Part shown: in pieces, positions 1 to 7,780 of the stretch
Position numbering within the stretch: position 1 is the first letter of the stretch
Layout of the letters: the number at the start of each line of letters is the position of its first letter
DNA from: Candidatus Daviesbacteria bacterium
GTDB taxonomy: Bacteria; Patescibacteriota; Microgenomatia; Daviesbacterales; UBA10151
Direction: 5' to 3'
DNA: 54,971 nucleotides
Assembly: GCA_028715175.1 (NCBI GenBank)
Contig: JAQUSJ010000003.1
Location: forward strand, 1-54,971
The notes under the pieces: model-generated
What the model was told of the DNA's origin: nothing
Seen by the model: the letters and a program-made list of their open reading frames with translations, nothing else
Databases searched by the model: none
Translations under genes and position numbers: made by a program

Positions 1-126
1 AGGAGATGCGGCATATTTAATGAAAAGTATAATCAGAAAAGATACCACCACTCCTTGCATTACCAGACCCCGCTAGCTTATATTAAAAGTTATCTTGAGA
101 AAGGAGGACAACCGTTCTCTATCTAG
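1..126 (+). CDS. 3' end of a DDE (rve/integrase-core) transposase gene; 5' part lies outside the window
   Basis: Frame 1 is open from base 1 and reads RRCGIFNEKYNQKRYHHSLHYQTPLAYIKSYLEKGGQPFSI, with stop TAG at 124-126. YNxxRxHxSLxxxTP is the usual C-terminal tail of IS3/IS481-type transposases. An identical inverted copy lies at 54857-54971. Confidence 0.6.
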   Translation, partial: RRCGIFNEKYNQKRYHHSLHYQTPLAYIKSYLEKGGQPFSI

Positions 127-165
127 GGTGCCAGTACAGATAATTTGACAAGTAGATCTTATTTA
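1..165 (+). mobile_element. Partial IS element end; inverted partner at about 54818-54971
   Basis: 12-127 is the exact reverse complement of 54856-54971 (116/116). Weaker similarity continues about 25-40 nt past the stop codon, including a shared TAATTTGACAA block at 141-151 and 54833-54843. Confidence 0.6.
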
Positions 166-174
166 TGCTATTCT
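145..174 (+). promoter_or_regulatory. Candidate sigma70-like promoter for the T-box/arg operon
   Basis: TTGACA at 145-150, an 18-nt spacer, then TATTCT at 169-174. This places a start near G181, where the T-box Stem I begins. The -35 hexamer lies in the block shared with the other IS copy. Confidence 0.3.
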
Positions 175-180
175 TTTACG

Positions 181-406
181 GCGTTGAAGAGGAAAAGTAA
201 GCAAGGTGACGTTTTATAGCAAGAAGGATAGCTGAAAGCCTTTAAATTTAATCTTGTCTGAAGAGAGCCTCCGAGCAAAGATCGAAGAAATCTGTCCAAC
301 AGAAAGTAGGTCTTCTTAATAAAGAGTATCTTATTAATTACTTAATAAGATAAATTAGGGTGGTACCACGGGTTAATCTCGTCCCTAGTACAAGGACGAG
401 TTTTTT
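181..406 (+). promoter_or_regulatory. T-box riboswitch leader, probable arginine (AGA) specifier, controlling the argG operon
   Basis: Stem I spans 181-277. It has K-turn halves GCGTTGA and CGAGCA, an AGTA element at 196-199, a distal loop AAGG-ATAGCTGAAAG-CCTT at 224-242, and a specifier loop GAAG-AGA-G at 260-267 directly 5' of helix CCTC (268-271), which pairs with GAGG (189-192). Stem III is TCTTATTA/TAATAAGA at 329-350. The conserved T-box sequence AAATTAGGGTGGTACCACGG is at 352-372, followed by the terminator at 378-406. Confidence 0.8.
378..406 (+). terminator. Intrinsic terminator of the T-box expression platform
   Basis: CTCGTCC (378-384) pairs with GGACGAG (394-400) around a 9-nt loop, followed by TTTTTT at 401-406. 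TAGGG of the T-box sequence can pair instead with CCCTA (383-387) to form an antiterminator. Confidence 0.75.
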
Positions 407-426
407 ATACAAAAACTCCAAAAAAA

Positions 427-1650
427 ATGGGAAATAAAGATAATCATGTGAATAAAGTAGTATTGGCCTTTTCAGGAGGTCTAGATACCTCATATTGTGC
501 TCTTTATCTAAAAGAGCAAGGTTATGATGTAGTGACTGTTACCGTTGATACGGGTGGTTTTAGCAAAGTAGAGATAGATAAAATTGCTGCACAATCTAAA
601 TTATTAGGTGCGAAAAACCACTACCTTATTAATGGTAAAAGTCAGCTCTATAATCAGTTTATTTCATATATCATCAAAGGGAATATCTTGCGGGGTGGAG
701 TTTATCCTCTTTGTGCCGGTACCGAGAGATTGGTTATTGTCCAGAAATTGGTTGAAACTGCCAAAAAAGTAGGAGCTGAATACATTGCTCATGGATCAAC
801 TGGTGCAGGTAACGATCAAATCCGGTTCGATGTTGCCTTGCAAGTTTTGGCGCCTGATTTAAAAATTCTTACCCCGGTTAGAGATTCAGGTATCAAGCGC
901 GAGGAAGAATTTGAATTACTGAAAAAATATCATTTACTAGGTTCCTTTACATCAAGTGCTTATTCAATCAATCAGAGTCTTTTGGGAGTTACTGTTAGCG
1001 GAGAGGAAACTAAAGGTTCTTGGGATACATTTCCTGAGGAAGTTATTTTTAGTGTTACTCCACTAAACAAAACACCTCAATCCCTGGTAGAATTTGTTCT
1101 ATCCTTCAAAAAAGGATTGCCTGTTGCCATAGATAATAAGAAAATGAGTGGTATTGTCATCATGGATTATCTTGGAAAGATCGGCAGCCAACATGGTATA
1201 GGTACAGGCATTCATTTAGGCAATACAATTCTTGGTATCAAGGGTAGAGTTGCTTTTGCAGCGCCTGCTGCGATTATTCTTATTAAAGCGCATAAAGAAT
1301 TGGAAAAGTTGGTACAGACAAAATGGCAATCATTTTGGAAAGAAACGCTAAGTGATTTTTACGGCAATTTATTACATGAGGCTCTTTATTTTGATCCAGT
1401 TATGCGCGATTTAGAAGCGATGATTGATAGCAGTCAGCAAAATGTGACAGGTGATGTTAAAGTTCAACTTTTTAAAGGCAATATTATTATAAATGGCTGT
1501 CAGAGTCCTTATTCCTTGATGGATCCTAAGATCGCTACTTATGGGGAGGAGAATATAATGTGGGACAGCCGGGATATTGCTGGGTTCTCAAAGATATACG
1601 CAATACCGGGTATGTTGGCGACTAATGTTAAAAGAAAGAAGAAAATATGA
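427..1650 (+). CDS. argG: Argininosuccinate synthase
   Basis: N-terminal VVLAFSGGLDTS is the PP-loop ATP pyrophosphatase motif. Also present are AHGSTGAGNDQIRF and a 407-aa length typical of ArgG. Confidence 0.9.
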   Translation: MGNKDNHVNKVVLAFSGGLDTSYCALYLKEQGYDVVTVTVDTGGFSKVEIDKIAAQSKLLGAKNHYLINGKSQLYNQFISYIIKGNILRGGVYPLCAGTERLVIVQKLVETAKKVGAEYIAHGSTGAGNDQIRFDVALQVLAPDLKILTPVRDSGIKREEEFELLKKYHLLGSFTSSAYSINQSLLGVTVSGEETKGSWDTFPEEVIFSVTPLNKTPQSLVEFVLSFKKGLPVAIDNKKMSGIVIMDYLGKIGSQHGIGTGIHLGNTILGIKGRVAFAAPAAIILIKAHKELEKLVQTKWQSFWKETLSDFYGNLLHEALYFDPVMRDLEAMIDSSQQNVTGDVKVQLFKGNIIINGCQSPYSLMDPKIATYGEENIMWDSRDIAGFSKIYAIPGMLATNVKRKKKI

Positions 1651-2684
1651 AGAAAATTAAATTAGATAAAATTCCGTCCATTTTTAAGAATGTTGATTTG
1701 TCAGACGAGGTCTGGATCGACAATCATGTTACTGCCGAAGAAGGAATGATGGTAGTAATTCAGGCAGAAGAAAATTCTGGTAAAAAAGACGTCATGGAGT
1801 TTGTTGGTGGACGTCTGGGTGTAACTCTAAAAGGTGATATTTTTGCCGGAGTATTAGGTTACAGAAAGGCACTAGTGGAATTTGCTGGAGTGGTTCCCGG
1901 GAAAATTAAAGTCGGGGATCAGTTATATCTGCTTTGCGAAAGTGGACTTATTGGGGATGTTTCTGGTGTTTATGAAGCTTGGGGTAAACCGATGAAAGTG
2001 AAGATATTGGGAGCGCTGGTGGATGAAAAAGGATGTTCAAAGACTCTCAAAAGCTATGTATTACCAAAAATCAAACCTATTCAAAAGAACATTCCGATGA
2101 TTTGTTTTGTGGCTACCAGAATGGATTCCGGGAAAACCACCATGGCTTGTAAGATAGCAAATTATTTCAAACAGCATGGTAAAAAGATCATAGCTATAAA
2201 GTCTACCGGAGTCAGTTATCTGCAGGATCCGTATAAGTTATTGGATAACGGAGTTGAGCAGGTTTTGGATTTTACGGACATGGGTTTACCTTCAACCTGT
2301 AACGGTAATGTAAAAGAGGTTCTTGAATCGACTGTTAACCTTATTAATCATGCTAAATCAGTGGATCCGGATTTAATCCTTATGGAATTCGGCGAAGGTA
2401 TTCTTGGAGAATATCATGTGCTTGATATACTAAAATACAAACCTATTAGAGATCAATTTTCATATGTGGTTTTGGCAGCTAATGATTTAACAGGCATATT
2501 GGGAGCTAAAGAAATACTCAAGAAAAAATGCAAACTGGAGATCGACATGGTGACCGGTCCGATTGCCAACAGTCATTTAGGTGTTCAGTTAATCGAGAAA
2601 TATTTCCAACTGGATGCAGAAAGTAACCAGCATGAAATTCACAAAACTATAGCTTCAATTAATAAAAAACTTTTCTCTGGATAA
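1647..2684 (+). CDS. Uncharacterised two-domain protein with a Walker-A-like motif (possibly DUF1611/DgcN-like), embedded in the arg operon
   Basis: The ATG overlaps the argG stop (ATGA at 1647-1650). Blocks seen are VATRMDSGKTT, then IKSTG, LDFTDMG and LMEFGEG. The protein is 345 aa. Family placement is from memory only. Confidence 0.45.
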   Translation: MKKIKLDKIPSIFKNVDLSDEVWIDNHVTAEEGMMVVIQAEENSGKKDVMEFVGGRLGVTLKGDIFAGVLGYRKALVEFAGVVPGKIKVGDQLYLLCESGLIGDVSGVYEAWGKPMKVKILGALVDEKGCSKTLKSYVLPKIKPIQKNIPMICFVATRMDSGKTTMACKIANYFKQHGKKIIAIKSTGVSYLQDPYKLLDNGVEQVLDFTDMGLPSTCNGNVKEVLESTVNLINHAKSVDPDLILMEFGEGILGEYHVLDILKYKPIRDQFSYVVLAANDLTGILGAKEILKKKCKLEIDMVTGPIANSHLGVQLIEKYFQLDAESNQHEIHKTIASINKKLFSG

Positions 2685-2690
2685 ACCTTC

Positions 2691-3734
2691 ATGAAACATT
2701 TTTTAACAACCTCAGATTTTGGACAGCAAGAATTGATGAATATGATAAAAACTGCTTTAGTGATGAAGAAATCAGGATGGAAAAAATCACTTCAAGACAG
2801 GATTCTCAGCATGTTTTTTTTCAATCCATCGTTGCGAACCAGATTGTCGTTTATTACCGCCATGGATAAGTTGGGTGGTCTGGCCGTGGATTTATCTTCT
2901 GGTAGTGGCGGTTTTCCGTTTGAATTTAAGGAGAATGCAGTCATGGATAAAAACACTATTGAACATGTTAAAGAAGCAGTGCCTGTGATATCGCGCATGA
3001 GTGATGCTATTGCTGTTAGAGCAAGCGAGCTAGTGACTGCTTCTTCAAAAAGCGTTAAAGTTCTTTCATGGGATGAGGTCAAGAAAGATACTACTATACA
3101 GAGTTTTGCCAAATACGCTACGGTGCCTGTTGTGAATATGGAATCAAATGTTTATCATCCCTGTCAAGGTTTAGGTGATGCCATGACTATTATGGAAAAG
3201 TTAGGTAACCCTAAAGGTAAAAAGTATGTTCTAACATGGGTTTATCATCCCAAGGCTCTACCAATGGCTACGGCGAATTCTCAGATTCTCTCTGCTTGTG
3301 ATTTGGGAATGCAAGTTACCATAACTTATCCTGAAGGATGGGATCTTGACGAGGATATTATCAATACAGCCAAAGCAAGAGCCAGACAAACCGGTGGGTC
3401 TTTAACGCTGGCTAACTCTCAGCAAGAAGCATTTCAGGATGCCCATATTGTATGCGCCAAAAGCTGGGGATCTATCAGGCACTATGGTGCTTGGTCTAAA
3501 GAAGATAAGATAAAGAAAGGATTAAAACACTGGATAGTTGACAAACAAAAAATGGATCTGACTGATAATGCCTATTTTATGCATTGTCTTCCTGTCAGGA
3601 GAAATGTTGAAGTGACGGATGAGATTTTAGACAGCTTATCTTCGATCGTGATTGATGAGGCAGAAAATAGAATGTGGATTCAAATGGCGATACTGGATTA
3701 TTTAATAGGTAAAAAGGATAAAAACCATGGATAA
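2691..3734 (+). CDS. argF': N-acyl-L-ornithine (acetyl/succinyl) carbamoyltransferase-like transcarbamylase
   Basis: FFNPSLRTR replaces the usual STRTR, alongside HPCQ and MHCLPVRRNVEVTD. The N-terminus KHFLTTSDF and C-terminus VIDEAENRMWIQ match the AOTCase/SOTCase subfamily rather than classical OTCase. Confidence 0.75.
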   Translation: MKHFLTTSDFGQQELMNMIKTALVMKKSGWKKSLQDRILSMFFFNPSLRTRLSFITAMDKLGGLAVDLSSGSGGFPFEFKENAVMDKNTIEHVKEAVPVISRMSDAIAVRASELVTASSKSVKVLSWDEVKKDTTIQSFAKYATVPVVNMESNVYHPCQGLGDAMTIMEKLGNPKGKKYVLTWVYHPKALPMATANSQILSACDLGMQVTITYPEGWDLDEDIINTAKARARQTGGSLTLANSQQEAFQDAHIVCAKSWGSIRHYGAWSKEDKIKKGLKHWIVDKQKMDLTDNAYFMHCLPVRRNVEVTDEILDSLSSIVIDEAENRMWIQMAILDYLIGKKDKNHG

Positions 3735-5211
3735 ACCTAAACTTGAAGCATCATCATTTATAGTTTCTGGAGAACAAATGGAATTAGATATAGAAATGGC
3801 GCCTTTTGATATTTGGGGGACAATAGTTCATGTGTTGATGCTTGTTAAGCAGGGAATTATTGATAAAGCTGGAGCTAAAGCTTGTCTTAAGGCTCTAATT
3901 GAGATAGATAAAGAGATGTGGAATGGTCAATTTGCTATTGATCCAAACAAAGGCGCCCAGTTAACCCTGGAAGCAAAACTAGTAGAGAAAGCAGGAGAAG
4001 CTGCCTACAGTATCCATACTGGCCGGAGCCGAAACGATCAGGTGATGGTAGTGGAGCTTTTGTATCTCAGGGAACAAATGCTTAAACTTTCCGAAAACGT
4101 AATTTCTCTCGTAGAATCTTTGCTTAAACTTGCAATTACCCATAAACAAACGGTTATGCCAGGGTACACTCATATGCAGCCAGGGAAAATTACAACAGTC
4201 GGACAGTGGGTAGCAGCATACCTTAATGGTTTCTTAAGGACATTGGATACGATTAAGTACTATCTTGATCTTTATGATATGAATCCTTTAGGAGCTTGTG
4301 AATCTTATGGTACATCTTGGCCGCTTGATCGGGAATTTACTGCCGAATACCTTGGTTTTGCCAAAGTATGGGAAATTCCACAGGACGCTATTTCTTCCCG
4401 AGGTTTTGCCCAACTTGGTTATTTAACTGCCATTTCGGAAATTTGCCTTGTAGCGAGTAAACTAAATGAAGATTTAATTTTATTCAGTACTTTTGAATAT
4501 GGAATGATTGAACTTGGAGATGAAGTATCTCAAAGGATGCATTCCATCACCGGCTCGTCCGTGATGGCACAGAAGAAAAACCCCGATGTTTTGGAAATTA
4601 TACGTTCAACCACTCCTCAGATAATTGGTTTTTGGTCGATTGTGGCCAACATTTTGTCATCTTTACCCATGGGTTATAACCGGGATAGCAGGGAGAGTAA
4701 AAAATTTATTCATCTGGGTTTAACTAAAACCATTTCTGTTGTAGGCTCTTTGCAAAAAGTAATCTCTACCCTAAAGGTTAACGAAAAAAGAATGCTAGAG
4801 TTGGCCACCTCAAATTATTCATTAACTACAGACTTGGCAGATTTTATATCTCAGAAGACCAAAATAGGATATAGACTTATTTATCAAATCATCGGTCAGC
4901 TAGTTGATGAGGCTATTAAGCAAGGCAACCCCTTAAGTCAAATTTCTGCTGCGGAGATTATACAAAAAGCAGCGGAGTTAAATTTAAAGATTAAAATTTC
5001 CGACGAAGAGATTACTAAGGCTGTGGATCCCAAGTTGGTAATTATTAAGAGGAAAAACGTGGGTGGAAGTAATTCAGTCACAATGGATAAGCTATTGGAT
5101 GATGCGAGCAAAAATATTAAAAAACAATTATCTTGGATTCAACAAAAACAAACTACAATCAAGGATGCTCGCCAGAAGACAGATAAATTAGTTAAAGAAA
5201 TGATTTCCTAA
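3727..5211 (+). CDS. argH: Argininosuccinate lyase
   Basis: Fumarate-lyase signature GSSVMAQKKNPDVLE, plus HTGRSRNDQ and GYTHMQPG. The start overlaps the argF' stop by 8 nt. Confidence 0.9.
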   Translation: MDKPKLEASSFIVSGEQMELDIEMAPFDIWGTIVHVLMLVKQGIIDKAGAKACLKALIEIDKEMWNGQFAIDPNKGAQLTLEAKLVEKAGEAAYSIHTGRSRNDQVMVVELLYLREQMLKLSENVISLVESLLKLAITHKQTVMPGYTHMQPGKITTVGQWVAAYLNGFLRTLDTIKYYLDLYDMNPLGACESYGTSWPLDREFTAEYLGFAKVWEIPQDAISSRGFAQLGYLTAISEICLVASKLNEDLILFSTFEYGMIELGDEVSQRMHSITGSSVMAQKKNPDVLEIIRSTTPQIIGFWSIVANILSSLPMGYNRDSRESKKFIHLGLTKTISVVGSLQKVISTLKVNEKRMLELATSNYSLTTDLADFISQKTKIGYRLIYQIIGQLVDEAIKQGNPLSQISAAEIIQKAAELNLKIKISDEEITKAVDPKLVIIKRKNVGGSNSVTMDKLLDDASKNIKKQLSWIQQKQTTIKDARQKTDKLVKEMIS

Positions 5212-6176
5212 TGGCATTGACTGGGCAATTTTGCCCCAAAATCCGGTCTGTCAAAAAAGCCTAGGGCTGCGACTGCCCCGATTAAACCCCGTTCTTCGCC
5301 AATTGGGTAAAGTGTTACCCTGGATTCTTTGCACACTCTTTTCAGCTTTTGAAGATCCTCAAACAAATGGAACTTTAGATCTGTACAAAAATCTATTAGA
5401 TTTTCTGGTAAAGAAAACCCGTCAAAAGTAGCCATCCCTGTTTGAGGACTGACAGTATATTTTTTTAATAGCTTAATAAACTCATCGATGATTTGTTTTT
5501 TCTGGATGTCTCGATCATAAATAAAGCTGATCAAAGTGCTTAGACAGTTTTTGGTCTTATGAGGATTGTTGGGAAAGAGCTGTATGTTATTATGAGTGGC
5601 ATAATAGACATTGAATTTTTTTCCTATGTCAATGGATATGTTATGAGCTAATGCATAAGTGGCACCTTCTGACTCGTTATCCGTATCATCCACCCCGATC
5701 AGCAAAAGTTTTTTAGCAGGCAGTACGATTCTTCCTATACCAAGCTTGTTACCTCCTCCTTCTTGGATAACCTGTACTTTTTCTACTCCTTCGGCTATAC
5801 CTCTGGAAAAGGAAGCGCTAACTCCGCCGCCACCGAAACCTGCAAAAGTGATAGCAACTTTGTCTTTTGTGACTAAACATTCTTCTATGCCGATAGGAGC
5901 AAAAGACGGAACTAAATTAAGTTTGGCTTTACCCTGATTGAGGATGTAAATAGTCATATTTCCTTCCCGGTAGCTTTTTTCGACAATTGAACTGGTTAAT
6001 GGAAAATGTAATGCCCGCCAGCCTTCAATAAAAAAGCCATTTCTGGGGCCATAATCTTCAATGTACATAACTCTCTTAGGAGTTGGGTCAACTACGGCCA
6101 AAATTTTATTGTAAGCCATGACCCATTTTCTGTTTTTCAATTTTGATTTAAGTTCTTGTGGGGTATATGTGGTCAT
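5208..6176 (-). CDS. Fusion protein: unknown Gly-rich N-domain plus a TiaS TCKD (DUF1743)-like C-domain
   Basis: IGVDDTDNESEGATYALA, LFPNNPHKTKNC and GEERGLIGAVAALG are colinear with remembered TiaS blocks GIDDTDSxxGMCTTYLA, NPxIPxKTRGNG and GRGLIGALAAVG. The start was chosen at the ATG at 6176-6174, 1 nt after the upstream stop. The tool ORF extends to 6236. Confidence 0.5.
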   Translation of the reverse strand: MTTYTPQELKSKLKNRKWVMAYNKILAVVDPTPKRVMYIEDYGPRNGFFIEGWRALHFPLTSSIVEKSYREGNMTIYILNQGKAKLNLVPSFAPIGIEECLVTKDKVAITFAGFGGGGVSASFSRGIAEGVEKVQVIQEGGGNKLGIGRIVLPAKKLLLIGVDDTDNESEGATYALAHNISIDIGKKFNVYYATHNNIQLFPNNPHKTKNCLSTLISFIYDRDIQKKQIIDEFIKLLKKYTVSPQTGMATFDGFSLPENLIDFCTDLKFHLFEDLQKLKRVCKESRVTLYPIGEERGLIGAVAALGFFDRPDFGAKLPSQCH

Positions 6177-6177
6177 A

Positions 6178-7149
6178 CTAATTGTGTTTGCCTGGGAAGA
6201 TTTCTGCCAAGAGACAACGGGCACTGCCTCCTCCAATTGTTTCTATGGTGGGAATATTGACAGGAACAATATCTCCATGATTCAACAGTTGTCTCTTTTG
6301 GTTCTCAGTAAAGGCGTCATAGGCTGTAGTGGACATTATGATTCTATTTCTTCCCAAAATAGACTGCATATCCAATACATTTCCGCAAAAAGAGTATAAT
6401 TGGTTTAAGGTAATTGGGATTATCTCCACCCCTAATGTTTCTAGTTCGCCCTGAACACTATGACGTTCTTGAGTATTCCTTATCGCGTCGAGACATACAA
6501 CGGAAAACTCCGCACCAATACTCATAACTACATTGGTGTGATAAATTGATTCTCCGCCTCTACCATATGCATGAAATTTGATTGGCCGATAGCCTGTTTT
6601 TGCACAAAAATCATCCAAAACTTGATAGGAAGTTCTGGCTGACTCATGGGCAAAGACTACTTTTCTTCTTCGATCGAATACCAAACTGCCGGTACCCTCA
6701 AGGAAGCGCCCGGACTGTTCATGATATGTTAAATCCAGTACATGAGATGAATCGGTTGCTATCCAGGGAACCAAACGTCTCACTTGGTCTAATTGTCTTT
6801 CCGCCCTTCTATTAAGAGCAAGCATAGGATATAAAATGACATCTATACCATCTAATTCGCTGTGAAAGGAAATCCAGTTATTGGGAAAGACTGCATCAGG
6901 AGTATTTACACCTGTTCTGCTGGGACACACGACTACTTTAATTCCATTTCCGCGCAATAAATCTACCACTGTGTTAAATTCTGTCATGGCTTTATGGCAA
7001 ATTTCTCCGGAATCTGGAGATAGCTTACTTTGGAAAGTATTAGTACTGGCTGTCTGGTCATTGAAACCAAAGCTATCAGGGCTAACCATTAAGACGATAT
7101 CTGTTAATTGAGTAGTTCTAGTCGATAAAGGCGTTTCTGATATAGCCAT
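6178..7149 (-). CDS. CtlX/amidinotransferase-like guanidino-group-modifying enzyme (citrulline/arginine hydrolase family)
   Basis: The C-terminal GGGSARCLLAEIF carries the catalytic Cys typical of the arginine deiminase/DDAH/amidinotransferase superfamily. HTNVVMSIG and the LMVSP N-terminus resemble the arginine-deiminase-related (CtlX) family. Confidence 0.65.
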   Translation of the reverse strand: MAISETPLSTRTTQLTDIVLMVSPDSFGFNDQTASTNTFQSKLSPDSGEICHKAMTEFNTVVDLLRGNGIKVVVCPSRTGVNTPDAVFPNNWISFHSELDGIDVILYPMLALNRRAERQLDQVRRLVPWIATDSSHVLDLTYHEQSGRFLEGTGSLVFDRRRKVVFAHESARTSYQVLDDFCAKTGYRPIKFHAYGRGGESIYHTNVVMSIGAEFSVVCLDAIRNTQERHSVQGELETLGVEIIPITLNQLYSFCGNVLDMQSILGRNRIIMSTTAYDAFTENQKRQLLNHGDIVPVNIPTIETIGGGSARCLLAEIFPGKHN

Positions 7150-7217
7150 ATTATTGAGCGTAAAGGATATTACATCCGAAGTTTGTGATTGTCAATGTTT
7201 CGAGCTGGTTTAAAGTT

Positions 7218-7724
7218 TTAAGAAGCTGGAGTAGGGTGAGTGGGGAAAGGATAAAATGGACGTGGCAAAATGGTGATCCTTATTCCTGTAGCAGGATCCA
7301 AATGATCAAAGGCTGCTCCAAAACCTATTACAGTTATGGATTTTAAGATGTCTGCGTGGAGAGGGTTATTACTGTCAGTCATAGATTTAACAGCTGCTAG
7401 GAGAGTAGATGGATTCCTGTCTATAATCCAATATGATCCTTCACCATTTTGCGCTCTGCGTGAACTGAGATTTTCTAGTATCTGTCTTGCTCTTTCTTCT
7501 GGTGAACTGCATAGAATGATAGGTAAAGAATCTGGTACTCCAGCTGCAGTTAATAATGCACGTGTTCTTTTCACCATCTCTGTATCTGGTAGATTTTGTT
7601 CGCGATTAGGATAGATCCCTCCGCATAAGGAGTTAGCTCTTTTGACAAAATCAGATATTTCCTTAGGTCTTATGTCTGTGATGTCACCAACAATGATCAC
7701 TCTTTCAGTTCCAATAGAGCTCAT
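7218..7724 (-). CDS. Hypothetical protein, no recognisable motif
   Basis: A 168-aa ORF on the same strand as its arginine-related neighbours. The coding call rests on length and context only. Confidence 0.4.
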   Translation of the reverse strand: MSSIGTERVIIVGDITDIRPKEISDFVKRANSLCGGIYPNREQNLPDTEMVKRTRALLTAAGVPDSLPIILCSSPEERARQILENLSSRRAQNGEGSYWIIDRNPSTLLAAVKSMTDSNNPLHADILKSITVIGFGAAFDHLDPATGIRITILPRPFYPFPTHPTPAS

Positions 7725-7780
7725 ATAGAAAAGACTTTATACAATATCTGATAGTTATTTTCAATACCCTGAAATATTTC

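Noticed and set aside
2792-3112. A 106-aa ORF antisense to argF'. Similar antisense or out-of-frame ORFs occur at 3979-4173, 5659-5937, 6582-6815, 9276-9530, 10928-11281, 13857-14144, 14670-14978, 21792-22247, 22281-22643, 30658-31203, 31577-31966, 44592-44909, 47985-48332 and 50153-50512, among others.
   Set aside because: Each lies wholly inside a gene with strong family motifs on the other strand or frame. None has a motif of its own, and their composition is low-complexity, as expected for shadow ORFs.
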